A stretch of 64,000 bases of DNA from an uncultured Clostridia bacterium (GTDB lineage Bacteria; Bacillota; Clostridia; TANB77; CAG-508), in the NCBI GenBank assembly GCA_944386685.1, contig CALXCA010000002.1:16649-80648 (forward strand), written 5' to 3'. Below are positions 48,373-57,646 of this stretch, one piece after another. A program made the position numbers and the translations under genes. Under the pieces are notes generated by a model. It saw only the letters and a list, made by a program, of their open reading frames with translations. It made no database searches and had not been told where the DNA came from. Numbering within the stretch: the first letter of the stretch is position 1; each line of letters starts with the position of its first letter.

Positions 48373-49422
48373 ATGGAAAGCAAAATTGAAGAATTAAAAA
48401 AAATTGCTGAAGAAAAAATAAAAAACATACAAAATTCACAAGAATTACAAGATTTAAAAGTACAATTACTAGGAAAAAAGAGTGAAATATCAAACCTATT
48501 AAAAGGATTAGGAGCACTATCACCAGAAGAAAGACCAAAAGTAGGAGCACTAGTAAATAAAGCAAGAACTGAAATTGAAGAAAAAATAGAAAAAGCAGAA
48601 AAGAAAATAAAAGAAAAAATGTTAGAAGAAAAAATTCAAAAAGAAACAATAGACATAACATTACCAGGAACAAAAATTCAAAGAGGAAGTAAACACCCTG
48701 TAAATAGAGTAATAGAAGAAATAGAAGACCTATTTGTATCAATGGGATATGATGTAATTTCTGGACCAGAACTAGAAACAGATGAATACTGTTTTGAAAG
48801 ACTAAACTTACCACAAGGACATCCAGCAAGAGATATGCAAGACAGTTTTTATATAACAAATGAATATTTATTAAGAACTCAAACATCAGCAGTTCAAGCA
48901 AGAGCAATGGTTGCAAATACAGAAAAAACACCAATTAGAATGATATGTGCTGGAAAAACATATAGAAGAGAAGATGACGCAACACATTCACATCAATTTG
49001 GTCAAGTAGAAGGACTTGTAATAGATAAAAAAGAAAGAAATGTTTCACTAGCAGACTTAAAAGGAACATTAGAAATATTTGTTAAAAAACTAATAGGTAA
49101 AAACTGTGAATTACGTTTTAGACCAAGTTACTTTCCATTCACAGAACCATCTTATGAAGTTGATGTAAGTTGTTTTAAATGCGGAGGAAAAGGTTGTAGC
49201 TTGTGTAAACAAACAGGATGGATAGAAGTGTTAGGAGCTGGAATAGTACATCCAAATGTTTTAAAAATGAATGGATATGACCCAGAAAAATTTGGAGGAT
49301 TTGCGTTTGGAACAGGACTTGAAAGACTTGCCATGTTCAAATATGGAATACCTGATATGAGATATTTATATACAAATGATATCAGATTTTTAAGCCAATT
49401 TGATAGAAAAGACGAGGAATAG
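48373..49422 (+). CDS. pheS: Phenylalanyl-tRNA synthetase alpha subunit
   Basis: Class II aaRS motifs (FRPSYFPFTEPS; GAGIVHPNVL; GFAFGTGLERLAM). A GAGGAGG ribosome-binding site precedes the ATG at 48373. Confidence 0.95.
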   Translation: MESKIEELKKIAEEKIKNIQNSQELQDLKVQLLGKKSEISNLLKGLGALSPEERPKVGALVNKARTEIEEKIEKAEKKIKEKMLEEKIQKETIDITLPGTKIQRGSKHPVNRVIEEIEDLFVSMGYDVISGPELETDEYCFERLNLPQGHPARDMQDSFYITNEYLLRTQTSAVQARAMVANTEKTPIRMICAGKTYRREDDATHSHQFGQVEGLVIDKKERNVSLADLKGTLEIFVKKLIGKNCELRFRPSYFPFTEPSYEVDVSCFKCGGKGCSLCKQTGWIEVLGAGIVHPNVLKMNGYDPEKFGGFAFGTGLERLAMFKYGIPDMRYLYTNDIRFLSQFDRKDEE

Positions 49423-49496
49423 ATTTTTACAATTTTAAACATAAAAAATTAAAGCGATATAAAAAATAATAAATTAAACTAGGAGGAAAATATCAA

Positions 49497-51860
49497 ATGA
49501 AATTAAGTACAAATTTTTTAAAAGACTATGTAGATATAGATGTAGATGTAAAACAACTAGCAGAAGACATGACAAGAGTTGGTAATGAATATGATTATGC
49601 TGGAAAATTAATAAATGCAACAAAACTTGTTATAGGAGAAATTGTAGAATGTGTTGACCACCCAGATTCAGACCATTTACACTTATGCAAAGTAAATATA
49701 GGAAAAGAAATTCTAAACATTGTATGTGGTGCACCAAATGCTAGAAAAGGAATCAAAGTAATTGTTGCATTAGATGGAGCAGAACTTCCAGGAAAAACAA
49801 TAAAAAAAGGAAGAATAAGAGGTCAAGAATCAAATGGAATGTTATGTTCAATTGCAGAACTAGGATTAGAACACAAATTCTTAAAACCAGAAGATTCAGC
49901 AGGAATAGCAGAATTAGGTCAAGATGCTAAAATTGGAGAAGACCCAATAAAATATCTTCAAATGGATGATGGAGTTATAGATTTTGAATTAACAGCAAAT
50001 AGAGGAGATTTACTAAGCATTTTAGGTATGGCTTATGAAGTAGGAGCAATATATGATAAACCAGTAAAAAAAGTAGATTTAGAACACAAAGAATCAGGAG
50101 AAGATATAAATAAACAATTTTCTATTGAAGTAAAAACAGAAAACTGTAAAAAACTATTAGTAAAAAAAGTGGAAAATGTAAAAATTGAAGAAAGCCCAAC
50201 ATTCATCAAAAATAGATTAATTGCATCTGGAATAAGACCTATAAACAATGTAGTAGATATTAGTAACTATGTAATGCTAGAATTAGGTCAACCTTTGCAC
50301 TTTTATGATGCAGACAGACTTGGAAATAAATTAGTTGTAAGAATGGCAGAAGAAGGAGAAAAACTTACAACACTTGACAATGTAGAAAGAACATTATCAG
50401 CAGAAGATATAGTAATTGCAGACAAAACTCATGGAGTAGGTCTAGCAGGAGTAATGGGAGGCCTAGAAACAGAAGTTGAACCAGACACAAAAAATATAAT
50501 TATAGAATCAGCAATATTTGATTCAGTAAAAATTAGAAAAACATCAAAAAAGATTTTAAGAAGTGAAGCAAGTAATAGATTTGAAAAGGGAATAGACCCA
50601 GAAAGAACAACAATGGCAATAGAAAGAGCTTGTAAACTATTAGAAGAATATGCTGGAGGAACTGTTGTAACAGGAACAGCTAAATATGATGTAACAAATA
50701 ACAAAGAAAAAGAAATTGATATCACATTCCAAGATGTAAATGATGTTTTAGGAACAGTTATACCAAATAAAGAAATATTAGAAGTATTTAGAAAACTAGG
50801 ATTTACATATAGCGTAAAAGGAGAAACAATAAAAGTAACAGTTCCAACAAGAAGATTAGATATATCAATAAAAGAAGACTTAATGGAAGAAGTAAGCAGA
50901 ATTTATGGAGTTGACAATATAGAAGGAAAACTACCAATAGTTCCAATGAGAAAAGGAAGTTATGATAAAACACAGAGAGAAATTAGAAATAGAATGATTG
51001 CTCTAGGATTACATGAAACATTATCATATATTTTAATAAATGATAAAGAAGTAAATAATTATACATTAGACGAATTTGAACCATTAAAATTATTAGACCC
51101 AATTACAGAAGACAGAAATACACTAAGATATAGTATGATTACATCATTATATAAAATATATGAATATAATAAATCTAGAGAACAAAAAGATATATCTATA
51201 TTTGAGATTGGAAAAGGATTTTATAAAAAAGGTGACAAATATGGAGAAGATACAAAACTATGTGCACTAATGACAGGAAAATATTCTTCAGGATTAAATA
51301 ATGTAAAAAATGTTGACTTTTATGTTATTAAAGGTGTTGTAGAAGAAATACTTGATTATCTTGGATATGCAGGAAGATATAGTTTTATAAGAAAAGAAAT
51401 GCCAAAAGAAATCCATCCAGGACAAAGTGCATATATAAATGTAAATGGAACAGATGTTGGAATTATAGGTAAAATTCATCCAAGCGTAACAAAAGATGAT
51501 GTATATGTATTTGAAATTAATTTAGACGAATTATTCCAAAAGAAAGTAGGAAAAATGAAATATAAAGAAATTTCAAAATATCCAAGTATAAACAAAGACA
51601 TAGCTCTAGTTGTAGACAAAGATGCTGTTTCACAAAATATTGAAAAAGTCATAAAATCAGCAGGAGGAAGTTTACTTACAAATATTGAGGTATTTGATGT
51701 ATACACTGGTATTGGAATAGGAGCAGATAAAAAATCTATAGCATATTCACTAACATTTTCAGACATGAAAAAAACATTAACAGACGAAGAAGTAAACAGT
51801 CTAATGGAAAAAATAATTGAAGCAACTTCAAAAAAATGCGGAGCAGAACTTAGAAAATAA
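49497..51860 (+). CDS. pheT: Phenylalanyl-tRNA synthetase beta subunit
   Basis: 787 aa with the tRNA-binding OB domain, B3/B4, B5 and the C-terminal FDX-ACB domain. Downstream of pheS. Confidence 0.95.
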   Translation: MKLSTNFLKDYVDIDVDVKQLAEDMTRVGNEYDYAGKLINATKLVIGEIVECVDHPDSDHLHLCKVNIGKEILNIVCGAPNARKGIKVIVALDGAELPGKTIKKGRIRGQESNGMLCSIAELGLEHKFLKPEDSAGIAELGQDAKIGEDPIKYLQMDDGVIDFELTANRGDLLSILGMAYEVGAIYDKPVKKVDLEHKESGEDINKQFSIEVKTENCKKLLVKKVENVKIEESPTFIKNRLIASGIRPINNVVDISNYVMLELGQPLHFYDADRLGNKLVVRMAEEGEKLTTLDNVERTLSAEDIVIADKTHGVGLAGVMGGLETEVEPDTKNIIIESAIFDSVKIRKTSKKILRSEASNRFEKGIDPERTTMAIERACKLLEEYAGGTVVTGTAKYDVTNNKEKEIDITFQDVNDVLGTVIPNKEILEVFRKLGFTYSVKGETIKVTVPTRRLDISIKEDLMEEVSRIYGVDNIEGKLPIVPMRKGSYDKTQREIRNRMIALGLHETLSYILINDKEVNNYTLDEFEPLKLLDPITEDRNTLRYSMITSLYKIYEYNKSREQKDISIFEIGKGFYKKGDKYGEDTKLCALMTGKYSSGLNNVKNVDFYVIKGVVEEILDYLGYAGRYSFIRKEMPKEIHPGQSAYINVNGTDVGIIGKIHPSVTKDDVYVFEINLDELFQKKVGKMKYKEISKYPSINKDIALVVDKDAVSQNIEKVIKSAGGSLLTNIEVFDVYTGIGIGADKKSIAYSLTFSDMKKTLTDEEVNSLMEKIIEATSKKCGAELRK

Positions 51861-51861
51861 T

Positions 51862-52037
51862 GTCAATTGTCAATGGGGACGGAGATTTTGACAACTTTCA
51901 TTCTTGTATAGGAAAAATCAATTTTTCCTATACAAGAACAGAGCTTTGCTCAAACAGATGCACACAATTTTACTTCGTAAAATTGGCACGCGAACAATGA
52001 CTTGGACTTTAAATGTCTAAAAAAGTCCGCTATTGTT
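51862..52037. repeat. Mosaic hairpin-module repeat (family 2), the most complete copy
   Basis: gtcaatggggacggagattttgacaac + tgtataggaaaaatcaatttttcctataca + gagctttgctcaaacagatgcacacaattttac-ttcg-gtaaaattggcac...aacaatgac + ggactttaaatgtctaaaaaagtccgctattgtt. Confidence 0.55.
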
Positions 52038-52068
52038 CCATATTTACAAATATTGAAAGGAACAGTTT

Positions 52069-53118
52069 ATGGAGAAAATAAATGAATTAATAGACAAAAT
52101 ACAAGCAAAAAATTTAACAGATATAGCAATAGCTGTGGCAATAGTTGTAATATTTTTTATAATGAGTTCATGGCTTCCTAAAATTATTATGAGAATGTTT
52201 AAAATAAAAGAAAAAAGCAAGAAGAAACTAAAAGAAAATGATATGTATAAAGGGTTAAAAGGCTTATTTTTATGTGCAGGATTTTACTTAGCAATATTAG
52301 TTTTAAATCTATCAGAAAATGTATTTTCTATATGCTTAAAAATAATAAGAGTAATTGTTATTTTAAGTATTGCAAAAATATTAATTGGAATAATATCACC
52401 AGAATCTAAATTAATGAAGAAGGTTCAAGAAAACGATAAATTTCAAGAGAATAAATCTGCTTTAAATGTTGGATTTAAAATTGTAAAAGTAATAATTTAT
52501 GTTATAGCTGGATTTTTAATTATAGCAGATTTTGGATATGATTTAAATGGAATAATTACTGGACTAGGATTAGGAAGTGTTGTTATAGGTCTAGCTGCAC
52601 AAGAATTAGTAAGTAATTTACTTAGTGGTATGGCAATATCTTCAGAAAAACCATTTAAAATCGGAGATTGGGTAACTATAGGAACAGTTTCTGGTACTGT
52701 TGTTGATATAAAATTTAGAAGTATAAAAGTTAAAACAGCAGATAATACAACAGTTACAATATTAAATACAAAGGTATTAAATGAATCAATTATAAATTAT
52801 GCAACAATTGATTCGAGAAGATTTGAAGTAATTTTAAGATTGCCATTAAATACTTCAAGCTATCAAATAGAAGACTTAATGAATTCATTAAAAAACTTTT
52901 TACATAGTATTAAAGAAGCTGACCAAGATACGATTCAAGTTTTTATTGATGGAATTCAAACAGATGCAATAGTTGTAAAAACAATTGTATATGTAAATAT
53001 TGACGCAACATATTTCTTGAATTTTAAAACAGAAACTAATTTAGGTATTATGAAGATTTTAGAAAGCAAAGGAATAAAACTAGCAAATCCAAGTACAGAT
53101 GTGTATTTAAATAGGTAA
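52069..53118 (+). CDS. mscS: Small-conductance mechanosensitive channel (MscS family)
   Basis: Three TM helices then the MscS beta-domain signature (LSGMAISSEKPFKIGDWVTIGTVSGTVVDIKFRSIKVKTADNTTVTILN). Confidence 0.8.
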   Translation: MEKINELIDKIQAKNLTDIAIAVAIVVIFFIMSSWLPKIIMRMFKIKEKSKKKLKENDMYKGLKGLFLCAGFYLAILVLNLSENVFSICLKIIRVIVILSIAKILIGIISPESKLMKKVQENDKFQENKSALNVGFKIVKVIIYVIAGFLIIADFGYDLNGIITGLGLGSVVIGLAAQELVSNLLSGMAISSEKPFKIGDWVTIGTVSGTVVDIKFRSIKVKTADNTTVTILNTKVLNESIINYATIDSRRFEVILRLPLNTSSYQIEDLMNSLKNFLHSIKEADQDTIQVFIDGIQTDAIVVKTIVYVNIDATYFLNFKTETNLGIMKILESKGIKLANPSTDVYLNR

Positions 53119-53317
53119 AAAAAGTGCCGGTTCTATTTTTTCCCTTTTTTTACTGGGGTCGATCCCTTTTTTGACTGGGGTCGATCCCTTTTTTGACTGG
53201 GGTCGGTCCCTTTTTTGACTGGGGTCGGTCCCTTTTTTAATTGGGGTCGGTCCCTTTTTTGATTGAGGACCGACCCCAGTATAACAAAGGAAAAAAATAG
53301 AACCGGCACTTTTTTTA
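53118..53317. repeat. Tandem array of six 22-bp units (cccttttttgactggggtcggt) flanked by an inverted repeat
   Basis: Left inverted repeat aaaaagtgccggttctattttttcc (53118-53143). Right inverted repeat ggaaaaaaatagaaccggcacttttt (53289-53317). Six units; the last is inverted (ggaccgacccc) and forms an 11-bp GC hairpin with unit 5. The flank motif recurs at 37349-37369. Confidence 0.75.
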
Positions 53318-53465
53318 CCCTTTTTTATAAAATATAATGAAATAAAAAATTGTTTATGATAAAATAAAAAAGACAAAGTATATTATTTAATTTTTTTGAT
53401 AAAGAAATTTTCTAAAGATTCAGAAAAAACATGAAAAATAATAACTTTTATAGGAGAACAAAAAG

Positions 53466-54683
53466 ATGGCTTTTGTTTTAATTATAGTAATAGTATATGC
53501 TTTAATACTAAGAAAAAAATTTTTAAAAGATAAAACAGAAAAAACATATTATAGAGATATACCAAGTAAAGATAGTCCTGCTATTGTTGGAAAAACTGTA
53601 AAAGGACATGTTGATGGAAATGACATAATAGCTACAATACTAGATTTAAGTTATAGAGGTTATATAAAAATCAAAACAGAAGAAATAGATGGTAAAGAGA
53701 AAATGGTATTATACTTAAATAATAATTTAAGTATAACAGAATTACAAGAACATGAATTATTTTTAATAAAGCAAATGTTTAAAAATAAAAATAGAACTTT
53801 ATTTGATGATTATATAAAAAGTAATACATTCAAACAAGATTTTAAAACATTTGATAAAATGTTAGAAAGAAGAATAGAAAGAAAAATTATAAAAGGCAAC
53901 TCTTTGCTCAAAAATGTAAATAAAATTTTATTATTTATAAGTTATGTTGTGTTTGGAATATGTATTTTTTATTCTTTAATTATGCCAATAACATTAATAG
54001 TGAATAACATTTCTAAATTTGACATTAAAACAATAATACAAACTAATGTGATAATTAGTATTATATTATATATATTAGTAGGATATAAATACATTTTTTA
54101 TATAAAAAAATCTGCAAATGCAAGAGAAAACATGATTATAAATATAACATATATAATCTTAAGTATAGTATTTGGTATCATGATATTATTTAATAATTAT
54201 AATGATTTATATAAAATTTTTTATAATGAATTTATTTGGTACAAAATAATATTAAATTTTATAATTTCTGCTGTTACAATATTATATATGTTTAATATTA
54301 TAAAGCATAATCTCAAAGAAGAATATTTATATTATATTTTTGTAATTATTAGTTTTTTTGCAATAATTATAGATATGAAAATGGTAATGGGAATTTGTAT
54401 AGTATTTTTTACAACAGATATATTTTTTCAAACACCAAAACATAACCACTTAAAAGATAATGATTATATACAAAAATGGCTTTCATTTAAAAATTATATA
54501 GAAGATTATTCAATGTTATCAGAGCAAGAAGAAAAGTCAATAATAATATGGGAAAAATATTTAATATATGCAATAGTATTAGGAGTAAACAAAAAGATTA
54601 TAGAAAAATATGCTCAATTAAATAATATACAAATATTAAACAAAGTATATTTAAAAAAATTATATATAGAATATTTTGAATAA
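53466..54683 (+). CDS. Polytopic membrane protein, DUF2207-like
   Basis: N-terminal TM, a soluble domain of about 130 aa, about six TMs and a C-terminal IIWEKYLIYAIVLGVNKKIIEKY resembling the DUF2207 C-terminus. Confidence 0.5.
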   Translation: MAFVLIIVIVYALILRKKFLKDKTEKTYYRDIPSKDSPAIVGKTVKGHVDGNDIIATILDLSYRGYIKIKTEEIDGKEKMVLYLNNNLSITELQEHELFLIKQMFKNKNRTLFDDYIKSNTFKQDFKTFDKMLERRIERKIIKGNSLLKNVNKILLFISYVVFGICIFYSLIMPITLIVNNISKFDIKTIIQTNVIISIILYILVGYKYIFYIKKSANARENMIINITYIILSIVFGIMILFNNYNDLYKIFYNEFIWYKIILNFIISAVTILYMFNIIKHNLKEEYLYYIFVIISFFAIIIDMKMVMGICIVFFTTDIFFQTPKHNHLKDNDYIQKWLSFKNYIEDYSMLSEQEEKSIIIWEKYLIYAIVLGVNKKIIEKYAQLNNIQILNKVYLKKLYIEYFE

Positions 54684-54698
54684 AAGGGAGAAAAAGTG

Positions 54699-55622
54699 AT
54701 GAATGAAGAAAAAATAGTAAATAAAATAATTCCAATTGAAACAATAATAGAGACAGCGAATTTCTTAGAAAAACAATGTGAAGAATATCAAAAATTATTT
54801 GAAAAAGATGAACAAAAAAATAAAGGACTAAAATATAATGAAAAAGTATATGATTATAAAGGTCAAAATCCAAAAGTACAATATAGAATTATATTTAAAG
54901 ATGGAAAAGACATTAAACAAGAAGGCTATAATTGGTTTATAAGTATGATAAATAATTTAGATTCAATAAAAGAAATAGATATATATTCTGACATTTACTA
55001 TTCATCAAATACTAAAGTTAGAGAACATTATGAATATATGCGTTTAAATATAGACGTACTTTTTAAAGAAGATATGGTAAAATTACAAGTATATGGATCA
55101 AATACTGAAGAACAAATAAATAAAGTTCATTCATATTTAAAGGGAATAATTGAAAATAATGATGATAGATATAATAAAACAGTAAAACACAAGCAATTAA
55201 GAGTTCAGAGTTTATGTTTAACAATAGGAATTATATTATCATATATAATCTATTTTATACTTATGGCAAACAAAAATGCACTTCCAGAAGAATTAGGAAG
55301 TTTGTTAAACAATAAAATAATAATTATTATAGGACAATGGCTTATTTCTGCATTAATTGGAAATATTTTGGGATTACCTATAATGATATTATTATATAAA
55401 AATATTATACCAAGAACTAAAACACGTTATAGTAAATCAGCTCATAAACTTGTTTATATAGATGATATAGAAGATTATATTTCTCATGATGAAGTGCAAA
55501 TAGGAACTTTCTCTAATAATGGAAAGTATAGAGCAACAATTGAAAAAATATATAAAATAACCAGTAAAGTTGTCTTAGTACAGGTGATTATTAGTATTAT
55601 ATTATTTTTTATATTAAAATAG
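54699..55622 (+). CDS. Hypothetical membrane protein (soluble N-domain of about 180 aa, then three TMs)
   Basis: ORF with an AGGGAG ribosome-binding site. No recognised motifs. Confidence 0.45.
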   Translation: MNEEKIVNKIIPIETIIETANFLEKQCEEYQKLFEKDEQKNKGLKYNEKVYDYKGQNPKVQYRIIFKDGKDIKQEGYNWFISMINNLDSIKEIDIYSDIYYSSNTKVREHYEYMRLNIDVLFKEDMVKLQVYGSNTEEQINKVHSYLKGIIENNDDRYNKTVKHKQLRVQSLCLTIGIILSYIIYFILMANKNALPEELGSLLNNKIIIIIGQWLISALIGNILGLPIMILLYKNIIPRTKTRYSKSAHKLVYIDDIEDYISHDEVQIGTFSNNGKYRATIEKIYKITSKVVLVQVIISIILFFILK

Positions 55623-55803
55623 ATAAAATGATTAGTAATATTATAATTAAAAGATTATTAATAAAAAGGAGAAGTATATGAGTGATTTTACATTATTACT
55701 TTATGAACAAAGTTTTTCAGAAGAAGTATAACAAACGAGGGTGGAGACTATAAAATCTCCACCCCGTTTTGCGATATTAGAATAACCCTGTTATCGCAGA
55801 CAG

Positions 55804-57450
55804 TTAGAAAGCAATTTTTATTACAGTGTTAATTTGTTCCTCTGTGGACGGAACGAAATCAATTGTAATACTTGTTCCGATTTGTAACAAAACTTGTTTG
55901 TTACTATTTTTGATGGAAGAAACATACAAATTAGTATCTCCATCAAGCATAAAGTAGAAGTTTGTGTTACCATCTACCTCAGCAGTAACAATGAAAGTAA
56001 TAGTTCCTGTTGTAGATTTTACTTTAGACTCATCAACAGTATTATCAGCAACTTCAGTGGAGCTATTATTTTCAATGAGTTCGTTACTTAAACCTGTTTC
56101 TTGTAAGTAAAGTGCAAGAGCCTCTTTAACAGTAGGTGCTTGTACAGTTAAAGAATAGTTCTCCACATTAGAAAAAGCATATCTCTGGATTAAACCTGCA
56201 TTATCTTTCAAAATCATAAAATAAGTAGGCAATCCTTCAATGTTAACAATAGTGGGGAATGTAGCTACATACCCAAGATTTTGTACTAACCCCTGTGCTG
56301 CTGCTTGTGCAGAAGATTCTTCTGCTCCTGTGCAAGAATAGAATTTTACTTCACCAGTTTTAGGGCTAGCGTAAATAAAACCTATAATAGATTCAGAAGC
56401 ATTTGCCGGAGTTACACCAGTATAAAATACAATTCCGTCAGAAGAAATTGTAGTATTATATCCAGCAAATTCGTCATCTCTATAAAAGTAAGACGTCCTT
56501 TTCACATCTGTTTTGGAAAAATTGAAATAACCATGGATGAATTCAAAGTTGTACTTTATTACATCCATCAGATAATCCAAATCAAATGCATGGTCTACCC
56601 AATTCGGAAGATCATCAACTTTATATTCACTACTTTCACCAGTTACGGCATCAGTAATTATAAAAGAATTTTCTGTTCTTCCTCCCCAAATCCCAATATT
56701 TGCAGTTGTTACAGAGGTAATCCAATAAGGATTACCATAATCATCAATTTCAAAAAAAGATTTTCCAAATTGATAACTAGGATACTGCTTTCTGAGATGT
56801 CTTGACAAATCCTTATCAAAGTATGCGCTAGGGGAATACATAATTGGATTTTCCAACTTTATAAGTTTTGCTTCTTGTGTTACAGAATTCACAAGGATAT
56901 AACCAGGAATTCCAGAAGAACTCGCCTTCCAATATTTGAATAATCCACCATAATTGATAGGAGAAATCCTATATTGAGTACCATTATAAAGAATAAGGTT
57001 ATACTCATTATCGACTTCATACCAAGAAGGATTGTCCAAATTAGAAAGGGTTCTATCACCCAGTTTAATTGCTGTTGCTACATCAACTACTGACAGATTT
57101 TCGATATTGGTGTTTACTACTTCTTTTGAAAAATCTCCTTCCTTAATTTCTACCAACGATTGGTATTTCTTAGCATTAAACATTTTCGAACCTGTTAGGG
57201 CACCGATAATTAGAATAATTAAAGGAATGCCAATTATCGCAATTGAAATAAAAGGGTTACAATCTAACATAGAATCTCCTTCCGAGAAGAAGAAACAAAT
57301 TCCAGCAATAATTGCTAATAAGAACAAGTAAATATACAACTCGCTCGAACGTAAAGACCATGCGGGCAACATAAGATAGTTTAATGCAATACCCGCAATA
57401 ATGGTTATTGCTAATGCAATAATCCGTCCAATAGTTAAAACGTTTTTCAT
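55804..57450 (-). CDS. Hypothetical membrane-anchored protein with a large extracytoplasmic domain (548 aa)
   Basis: Three N-terminal TM helices followed by about 450 aa of beta-rich soluble sequence. No recognised catalytic motifs. Confidence 0.5.
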   Translation of the reverse strand: MKNVLTIGRIIALAITIIAGIALNYLMLPAWSLRSSELYIYLFLLAIIAGICFFFSEGDSMLDCNPFISIAIIGIPLIILIIGALTGSKMFNAKKYQSLVEIKEGDFSKEVVNTNIENLSVVDVATAIKLGDRTLSNLDNPSWYEVDNEYNLILYNGTQYRISPINYGGLFKYWKASSSGIPGYILVNSVTQEAKLIKLENPIMYSPSAYFDKDLSRHLRKQYPSYQFGKSFFEIDDYGNPYWITSVTTANIGIWGGRTENSFIITDAVTGESSEYKVDDLPNWVDHAFDLDYLMDVIKYNFEFIHGYFNFSKTDVKRTSYFYRDDEFAGYNTTISSDGIVFYTGVTPANASESIIGFIYASPKTGEVKFYSCTGAEESSAQAAAQGLVQNLGYVATFPTIVNIEGLPTYFMILKDNAGLIQRYAFSNVENYSLTVQAPTVKEALALYLQETGLSNELIENNSSTEVADNTVDESKVKSTTGTITFIVTAEVDGNTNFYFMLDGDTNLYVSSIKNSNKQVLLQIGTSITIDFVPSTEEQINTVIKIAF

Positions 57451-57646
57451 AAAAATTTCCTTTCTTGTTCGTGAGAGTATACTCTCAGTGAATAATACAT
57501 AAGCATAATGCTTATGTTGTCTATTATAACATCATTAGAAAAAATTGTAAAGGCTTTACATAAATATTGCAACATATAAAAATTTATGATATAATATTAG
57601 TTATCTTATATTCAATAACATAACAAAAATAAAAAGGAGAGAGAAT

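Noticed and set aside
53141-53291. 22-bp direct repeats considered as a CRISPR array
   Set aside because: The units are contiguous with no unique spacers. The unit length of 22 bp and the T-rich composition are unlike CRISPR repeats, and there are no cas genes in the window.
53107-53376. 89-aa minus-strand ORF spanning the 22-bp tandem array
   Set aside because: The protein is simply the repeat unit translated (PQSKKGxTPxKKGxDPS repeated). There is no ribosome-binding site, and the reading frame exists only because of the repeat.
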